The notes under the pieces were generated by a model that was not told the DNA's origin, searched no databases, and saw nothing but the letters and a program-made list of their open reading frames with translations. Made by a program: the position numbers and the translations under genes. 64,000 nt of DNA from Coxiellales bacterium (GTDB taxonomy: Bacteria > Pseudomonadota > Gammaproteobacteria > CBDETP01), in NCBI GenBank assembly GCA_965242995.1, contig CBDETP010000009.1:645-64644 (forward strand), in the 5' to 3' direction. Numbering within the stretch: the first letter of the stretch is position 1; each line of letters starts with the position of its first letter. Below are positions 58,213 through 64,000 of the stretch, in pieces.

Positions 58213-60207
58213 ATGGATTATAAACAATATAAGAATTGGAAAATTAAAATAGACAATGATTTTGTTTTATGGTTAGGGCTCGATAAGCACAATGAACGTG
58301 TAAACACTTTAGATAGAAATGTTTTAGAGGAGTTTGAGCAACTCATTGAAGAAATCATTAAAAATAAGCCTCAGGGCGTTGTTATTTATTCTTGTAAATC
58401 ACAAGGCTTTATTGCCGGTGCTGACATAAAACAGTTCACCTTATTAAAAAACCGTGAAGAAGGGCTAGCACTAGTAAGGTACGTGCAAAAACTATTTGAT
58501 ACTTGGGAGCAGCTACCCATGCCAACCGTTGCCATGATTAAAGGCTTTTGTTTGGGTGGCGGCACTGAGCTTGCATTAGCTTGTAATTACCGCGTTGCTC
58601 AAGATCAGTTAAGCACTCGCATTGGTCTACCTGAAGTGAAATTAGGAATAAACCCTGGCTGGGGTGGCACAGTTCGCTTGCCACGTTTAATTGGTCCAAT
58701 GAAAGCCATGTCACTCATCTTATCTGGCAGGCTGCTTGCCCCACGAGCCGCAAAAAAACTAGGCATAGTCAATGCTGTCACTAAAGAAGCGGAACTAGAA
58801 AATGCAGCAAAATATTTTATAACAAAAAAACCAAAACCCAAGTCAATAGCACTATCTGAAAAAATTGCTAGCTTTTCATTTATTCGTCCCTTGGTAGCTA
58901 ATCAGATTAGAAAAACGCTCAATAAAAAAATACAAAAATCTCACTATCCGGCACCTTTTGCCATTGTCGATAATTGGGTGAAGTATGGCGCAAAAGGTGA
59001 AGCGGCAATGGTCAATGAAGCTGAGACCATTGCTGACTTACTCACAACACCAACTAGCCAAAATTTAGTTCGCGTGTTTTTCTTGCAAGAAAAACTAAAA
59101 GCTCAAGCGAAAAGTAGTGATTTTAAAGCCGAACATGTTCATGTTATAGGTGCTGGCACCATGGGTGGCGACATAGCTGCTTGGTGTGCGCTGCGCGGGC
59201 TACGTGTAACACTGCAAGATCAAACACCTGAGGCCATAGCCCCTGCAGTTGCCAGAGCTTACCAATTATTTAAAAAAAAGCTGAGGGTTCCTTTTTTAAT
59301 TAAAGCCGCAATGGACAGGCTACAACCCGATTGTGAAGGCTTCGGAGTCAGGCAGGCCGATGTTGTGATTGAAGCCATATTTGAAAATTTAGAAGCAAAA
59401 CAATCACTTTTTAAATCCATTGAAACTGAGCTTAAACCTGGCGCCATCATGGCATCGAACACATCAAGTATCCCTTTAAATGATATTTCAGCAGCACTCA
59501 ATGAACCAGAGCGCTTAATAGGTATCCATTATTTTAACCCTGTCGCTAAAATGCCGTTGGTTGAAATAGTTCATACCACACAAACCCATGAGAGCATCAT
59601 CAATAACGCCCTTGCCTTTACCAAACAAATTGGCAAATTGCCCTTATTGGTAACGAGTACGCCAGGATTTTTGGTTAATCGCGTGCTAATGCCTTATCTA
59701 CTTGAAGCTGTTTATTTGCTTGATGAAGGCTTTAGTGCTCAAGCAATAGATCAGTGCGCACTGGACTTTGGCATGCCGATGGGGCCAATTACACTAGCAG
59801 ATACCATTGGCCTTGATATTTGCTTATCAGTTGCCAAAAACCTAACCGCACACTTTGGCGGCAAAGTTCCAGAAAAATTACAAAAAAAAGTAGACCGTGG
59901 TGAACTAGGTTGCAAAAGTGAGCGTGGCTTTTATCACTACAAAAAAGGTAAAAAAGCAAGTAAAACAGGCTCCAGCGGCAAAGCAGCTGATAAAGACATA
60001 AGTCATCGATTAGTGCTGCGCTTTGTGAATGAAGCAATGAGCTGCTTGCGTGAAAAAGTAGTTGCTCACGCGGACTTTCTCGATGCTGGCATAATTTTTG
60101 GCACAGGCTTCGCGCCTTTTCGAGGTGGACCAATGCACTATGCAAGCAGCGTAGGGACTGATACCATTATCAAAGATTTAGAAGAGCTGGAAAAAAAAAT
60201 ATGGTGA
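58213..60207 (+). CDS. Fatty-acid oxidation multifunctional enzyme (enoyl-CoA hydratase plus 3-hydroxyacyl-CoA dehydrogenase), FadJ/FadB-like; 3' end apparently frameshifted
   Basis: N-terminal crotonase fold (..GFIAGADI.., ..G.C.GGG.ELALAC..R) and C-terminal HACD (VIGAGTMGGDIA). AAGGAG RBS before ATG 58213. The reading frame stops inside an A9 run; another frame continues ..YGERFKPDAGWKEEILAKKESV* to 60268. Confidence 0.9.
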   Translation: MDYKQYKNWKIKIDNDFVLWLGLDKHNERVNTLDRNVLEEFEQLIEEIIKNKPQGVVIYSCKSQGFIAGADIKQFTLLKNREEGLALVRYVQKLFDTWEQLPMPTVAMIKGFCLGGGTELALACNYRVAQDQLSTRIGLPEVKLGINPGWGGTVRLPRLIGPMKAMSLILSGRLLAPRAAKKLGIVNAVTKEAELENAAKYFITKKPKPKSIALSEKIASFSFIRPLVANQIRKTLNKKIQKSHYPAPFAIVDNWVKYGAKGEAAMVNEAETIADLLTTPTSQNLVRVFFLQEKLKAQAKSSDFKAEHVHVIGAGTMGGDIAAWCALRGLRVTLQDQTPEAIAPAVARAYQLFKKKLRVPFLIKAAMDRLQPDCEGFGVRQADVVIEAIFENLEAKQSLFKSIETELKPGAIMASNTSSIPLNDISAALNEPERLIGIHYFNPVAKMPLVEIVHTTQTHESIINNALAFTKQIGKLPLLVTSTPGFLVNRVLMPYLLEAVYLLDEGFSAQAIDQCALDFGMPMGPITLADTIGLDICLSVAKNLTAHFGGKVPEKLQKKVDRGELGCKSERGFYHYKKGKKASKTGSSGKAADKDISHRLVLRFVNEAMSCLREKVVAHADFLDAGIIFGTGFAPFRGGPMHYASSVGTDTIIKDLEELEKKIW

Positions 60208-60271
60208 GCGCTTTAAGCCCGATGCCGGCTGGAAAGAAGAGATATTAGCTAAAAAAGAGAGCGTGTAAAGT

Positions 60272-61056
60272 ATGAACACAGACCCCGCAAAAGACGACGC
60301 AAACACTCAAACTTCAGAGTTTTTTAAAATCGTTGGTTTATCTTTTCGTCATTATCTTAGTATATTAAAAAAATGCTGGCTGCTAATACTCATATTAATG
60401 CTTTGCAGAGAGTCCTTATCATTTTTTCCACCAGTGTCTGCAAGCATCGTACTCGACAGGGTTGTTTTAGGCGCATTTAGCTTAATTATTCTTTATTTTT
60501 TTCTGTGACACTTTACCTAACGCATTCATGCATCTTTAAAAAAGCAGACTCCATAGAGTCAGCTTTTTTAATTGTGCTAAAAAAATTCTGGAAAATCATC
60601 ATTACTTCCGTCGTTTTTTTGTTATTATTGCTTGCCGTCTTTTATACATCGCTGCATCTGCTAACGCTGCTCTCACATCATATGCAAAACAAAGGCAGTA
60701 TTGCTGTAATGCTGAGTTACTTTTTCATCCTCATTCTACCGCTAATGATTTATATTGGTTTTTTCTTTTTAACACTACCGATTGCAATCGTTAAAAACCT
60801 GAGCTTAGCTGATACCTACAAAAAATCCTTCATCATTGGAAAGAGCAATGCTATGAAAATGGTTTTAGCCTTTCTTTTACTGATTATTTTAGTTTGCTCT
60901 GTCCACCCTGAAACCATTTTCTTTCCAATTTTTAACAATCTATATTTGGCTTATTTTACAGACATGATTTACTGCTTTGTGGTTTATCCCTTTTTATTTT
61001 CTTTTCTTGTTTGCTTTTTACAGAAAACTGAACAAAAGGCTAGCGATCAAGCATGA
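60272..61056 (+). pseudogene. Polytopic membrane protein of unknown function, split by a frameshift in a T-run
   Basis: ORFs 60272-60508 and 60505-61056 are both hydrophobic and contiguous. Adding one T to the T7 run at about 60495-60501 joins them (..LIILYFFS|VTLYLTH..). Confidence 0.6.
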
Positions 61057-62243
61057 ACCTTTTGAAAAAAATAAAACAAAAAATTCACCTTGTTGTTGGT
61101 GTTTTTGTTCTTGCTGTTTTTATCGGCTTTGCCATTTACAGTTTTTTCATCAAAGGTTTTCATGTTAAAAAAAGCACTTTTTCAAAACTACCTGGCTGGT
61201 CACAGGCAAATTTACAAAAAAGCCTAGCGGCATGGCAGCAGTCGTGTCAGCGTATCATGAGCTTCCCTCATAAAATGAATGTCGGCTCCAGCACTATTAA
61301 GCTAAAAGCTGGTAACTGGCGGCCTGTCTGCCAAGCTGCTCTTTCACTAAAAAACCCCACTAACAATCAAATTAAAGACTATTTTCAAAACTGGTTTCAG
61401 CCATGGCAAATCAAATTTGGCTCACATACACACGGCATTTTTCACCGGTTACTATCTATATAGTTTGCAGGGTCGCCTAAAAAAGCAGTTGGGGGTTTAC
61501 GGTGCCGGTTTATGCCATGCCCAGTGATGCAGTAATGATATACCCGCACCAATTTTGATCACTCACAAAAACATACTAAATGGGTCGGCAAAGTGATGAA
61601 CAATCGCGTCAGACCTTATCCTATGCTTAAGCGTGCTGAGATCAATCGACACGGCTTGGCAGAGGCTAAAGTGTTAGCCTGGGTGCCTAGTCGGGTCGAT
61701 CGATTATTTTTAATGATTCAAGGTTCAGGCATAGTACATTTACCGAATGACAAAAGCTTGCTGCTAAGCTATGCCGGTGAAAATGGGTATAAGAATACTT
61801 TAATTGGCCACTTTTTTATTAAAGAAAATTTAATTCCACGCAGTCAACTTTCAATGGACAGCATCAAGGCTTGGATTAAAGCTCACCCCAGGCGGGGCAG
61901 GGAGCTGATGAACAAGAACCCAGCCTTTGTGTTTTTTAAAACATCGCGCCATGGTTCAGTGGTCGGTACTGAAGGTGTCCCACTAACCGGTGGCACCTCT
62001 TTGGCAGTTGATCCACACTATATGCCGCTAGGTGCGCCCATTTGGTTAAACACAACTTTCCCGGCAAGCAAGCAATCCCTTCAGCGTTTAATGGTGGCTC
62101 AAGACACCGGCGGTGCAATTTCAGGGGCCATTCGTGGTGATGTTTATTGGGGCGATGGTGACATAGCACGTAAAAGAGCATCGGTAATGCGGCAGACCGG
62201 GCAATATTGGGTACTAATGCCGAAGGGGTGGTCACCACATTAA
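61053..62243 (+). pseudogene. mltA: Membrane-bound lytic murein transglycosylase A with at least 3 frame disruptions
   Basis: The MltA-like sequence moves across frames within about 110 bp: ..THGIF (frame of 61053), then FTGYYLYSLQGRLKKQ, then WGFTVPVYAMPSDAVMI, then NFDHSQKHTKWVGKVMNNRVRPYPMLKRAEI... The C-terminal part (..AVDP..MPLGAP.WL..........L.RLM.AQDTGGAI.G..R.D.YWG.G..A) is intact. Confidence 0.8.
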
Positions 62244-62313
62244 GTATTGAAGGGCTGACTTTTTTAAAACAAAAGAAGCCCGCATACGGACTTCTTCTTT
62301 TACTACATAGACA

Positions 62314-62868
62314 CTATTTGGGAGATGAGCTTGGAGCTACTTTTTTGGAGGAGCTACCATACTGGCTTATCGCTGCTCTCTGACTAACCAGGTTACCTTG
62401 AGTATTCTTATCTATCACCACGGTTATATCATTTAAATTTAGTGACTTGGGCATGTTGGTCGCGCTTATTGGAAAAGCGATGGTATTATTAGTGACAGTA
62501 ATACCATGTAGCACAATAATTTGGGCTTTTTCACCTTTGGCAACTAATACAGCGTTGACTGGGTCTTTTTTAAAACTATTAACCCCTGTATTCCATAGAT
62601 TTTGCAAATCACTACCAGTGATATATTTGACAACCCGAAAAGGTTGGTCAGAAAACTCAATAACTTGATTTAAATTGACTTTTTTCATTATTAATAGATA
62701 TCCGCCATGTTTATGCTGCTTTATATTAGCCGTTTTAGACTGCACAACAAATAAATAAGAGGGCATTTTTTGGATACCAGAACTGGATTTTGCTTTAGCA
62801 ACAGCGATATTGCTACTCAAGGCTAGAGCAAGAACAGCTCCAACCAGTGTGACTATGAATTTTTTCAT
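62314..62868 (-). CDS. Secreted protein of unknown function
   Basis: 184 aa. Clear Sec signal peptide (MKKFIVTLVGAVLALALSSNIAVAKA). AAGGAG RBS. No domain recognised. Confidence 0.6.
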   Translation of the reverse strand: MKKFIVTLVGAVLALALSSNIAVAKAKSSSGIQKMPSYLFVVQSKTANIKQHKHGGYLLIMKKVNLNQVIEFSDQPFRVVKYITGSDLQNLWNTGVNSFKKDPVNAVLVAKGEKAQIIVLHGITVTNNTIAFPISATNMPKSLNLNDITVVIDKNTQGNLVSQRAAISQYGSSSKKVAPSSSPK

Positions 62869-63115
62869 TTTAAGCTCCTTTGATGTTTAAATAAAGAACA
62901 ACTGAAGTATAGGTTACTTTTAGGCGCTTTTTTTATTGAAATAAAGATATTACTGGGATTGCACTACGAAAAACCAGAAATACTTAAAAAATTTATTATC
63001 AATTAGCAGATTACCAACTAAGTATCGATTTTTTAATTCAGCTATTCTTAAGCATAAACATAGTAAAGAGGCTCTGACTGGGCCAGCTTACAGGATTTTC
63101 ATGGGAATTGATTGA

Positions 63116-63439
63116 TTACTCTTCTAAATACTGTCGCTTCTCTTTCACCTTTGCCCACTCATCAGCATCTTCTGGGGCAGGCTTAATCTCGGTGATCACT
63201 GGCCATTTTTCTGCTAGCTCAGCATTAATTTTAAGAAATTCTTGCTGATCTTCCGGTAACTCATCATCGGCATAAATAGCATCAACCGGGCATTCTGGTA
63301 CGCACAAATTACAATCAATGCATTCATCGGGATTAATCGCTAAAAAATTGGGACCTTCGTGAAAACAGTCCACAGGACAGACTTCCACACAATCGGTGTA
63401 TTTACACTTAATACAGGCCTCTGTGACCACAAATGTCAT
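63116..63439 (-). CDS. fdxA: 7Fe (3Fe-4S plus 4Fe-4S) ferredoxin, FdxA type
   Basis: [43 protein letters not shown]. Confidence 0.9.
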   Translation of the reverse strand: MTFVVTEACIKCKYTDCVEVCPVDCFHEGPNFLAINPDECIDCNLCVPECPVDAIYADDELPEDQQEFLKINAELAEKWPVITEIKPAPEDADEWAKVKEKRQYLEE

Positions 63440-63516
63440 TTTTTTGCTTAACTCCGCTTTGCTCTGGCGTATTCATGCGGTATAGTATCTCAAATTTTAA
63501 CAAGAGGCACCTAAAA

Positions 63517-63765
63517 ATGGTTGACGTTACTCCTGAAGACATTAAACACTGGCTTGAAGCTGGCCTGAATAATGCCCAAGTTGCTGTAGAGGGCGATGGC
63601 AGACATTTCTTCGCAACCATCATATCGGACGAATTTTCTGGTGTCTCCACCCTGAAACGACATCGACTGGTTTACGATGTTCTAGGAGAGCGCATGAAAG
63701 AAGACATTCATGCCCTGTCCATTAAAACTTACACCCAAGCAGAATATCAGCCTGCAAATCAATAA
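63517..63765 (+). CDS. BolA-family protein (IbaG-like)
   Basis: ..V.V.GDG.HF...I.S..F.G.S.LKRH..VY..LG..M...IHALS.KTYT..E. I prefer ATG 63517 to the upstream start in the ORF track. Confidence 0.8.
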   Translation: MVDVTPEDIKHWLEAGLNNAQVAVEGDGRHFFATIISDEFSGVSTLKRHRLVYDVLGERMKEDIHALSIKTYTQAEYQPANQ

Positions 63766-63781
63766 AAAAGAGGATATTATT

Positions 63782-64000
63782 ATGAGCACACAAGAAAACA
63801 TTCAACAATTAGTCAGCGAAAATCCTGTGGTTTTATTTATGAAAGGCACAGCAGATTTTCCACAATGCGGCTTCTCCGGAAAAGCAATACACCTGCTGAA
63901 ACAAAACGGCGCAAACGCCATTAAGGTAATCAATGTGCTTGAAGATAATGAGATTCGTCAAGGCATTAAAACCTTTTCTAATTGGCCCACCATTCCGCAA
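63782..64000 (+). CDS. grxD: Monothiol glutaredoxin Grx4 (5' part; runs off the window)
   Basis: ..NPVVLFMKGT.DFPQCGFSGKA..LL........V.NVLED.EIRQGIK.FSNWPTIPQ. Not in the ORF track because the gene is truncated by the window end. Confidence 0.85.
   Translation, partial: MSTQENIQQLVSENPVVLFMKGTADFPQCGFSGKAIHLLKQNGANAIKVINVLEDNEIRQGIKTFSNWPTIPQ

Noticed and set aside
63019-63054. On the minus strand, gCTTAAGAATagCTGAATTAAaaaatcgATACTT upstream of the 184-aa secreted protein gene resembles the box plus -10 layout
   Set aside because: Both half-sites carry mismatches in the core TTAAT (TTAAG and TGAAT). It is recorded only as a weak candidate for a PWM scan.

Overview
64 kb from an AT-rich gammaproteobacterial chromosome. 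All calls come from reading the supplied ORF translations and the DNA by eye; no searches were run. Most of the window is conserved housekeeping sequence, with gene orders I recognise from enterobacterial synteny. One block is clpA-infA-trxB-ftsK; the other is rne / rluC / rpmF-plsX-fabH-fabD-fabG-acpP-fabF-mltG-tmk-holB-tatD, followed by scpA-scpB-rluB. Four parts are not ordinary core genome. (1) The left edge (1-6.7 kb) is a markedly more AT-rich, tightly packed minus-strand operon. Its gene order matches R64/PAPI-1-type type IVb pilus clusters (TcpQ/PilM-like, lipoprotein secretin, PilO-like, PilP-like, GspE ATPase, GspF platform) and it is cut by the window edge. (2) Between ftsK and mutS (23.7-27.9 kb) lie two tandem cassettes. 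Each has a ~0.6 kb duplicated upstream module, a different eukaryotic-like protein, and a related terminator. The first protein combines DUF4116 repeats with an F-box-like segment; the second combines ankyrin repeats with an IQ motif. Both modules carry a near-perfect or perfect tandem cTTAATatT box directly upstream of a -10 hexamer. As I recall it, this is the PmrA element that drives Dot/Icm effector genes in Legionella and Coxiella. I therefore read the organism as Legionellales-like and these genes as candidate T4BSS effectors; this is the most interesting signal in the window. (3) RNase E carries about 8.3 near-identical in-frame 96-bp tandem repeats in its C-terminal region. (4) A 912-aa fusion protein (carrier domain, adenylating enzyme, TM helices, PlsC-type acyltransferase) lies divergent from a fadI/fadJ-like pair. 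Several genes are interrupted by indels (mltB, mltA, a membrane protein, the fadJ-like 3' end), mostly at homopolymers. This could be gene decay or homopolymer sequencing error. No rRNA, tRNA, CRISPR array or IS element was seen.
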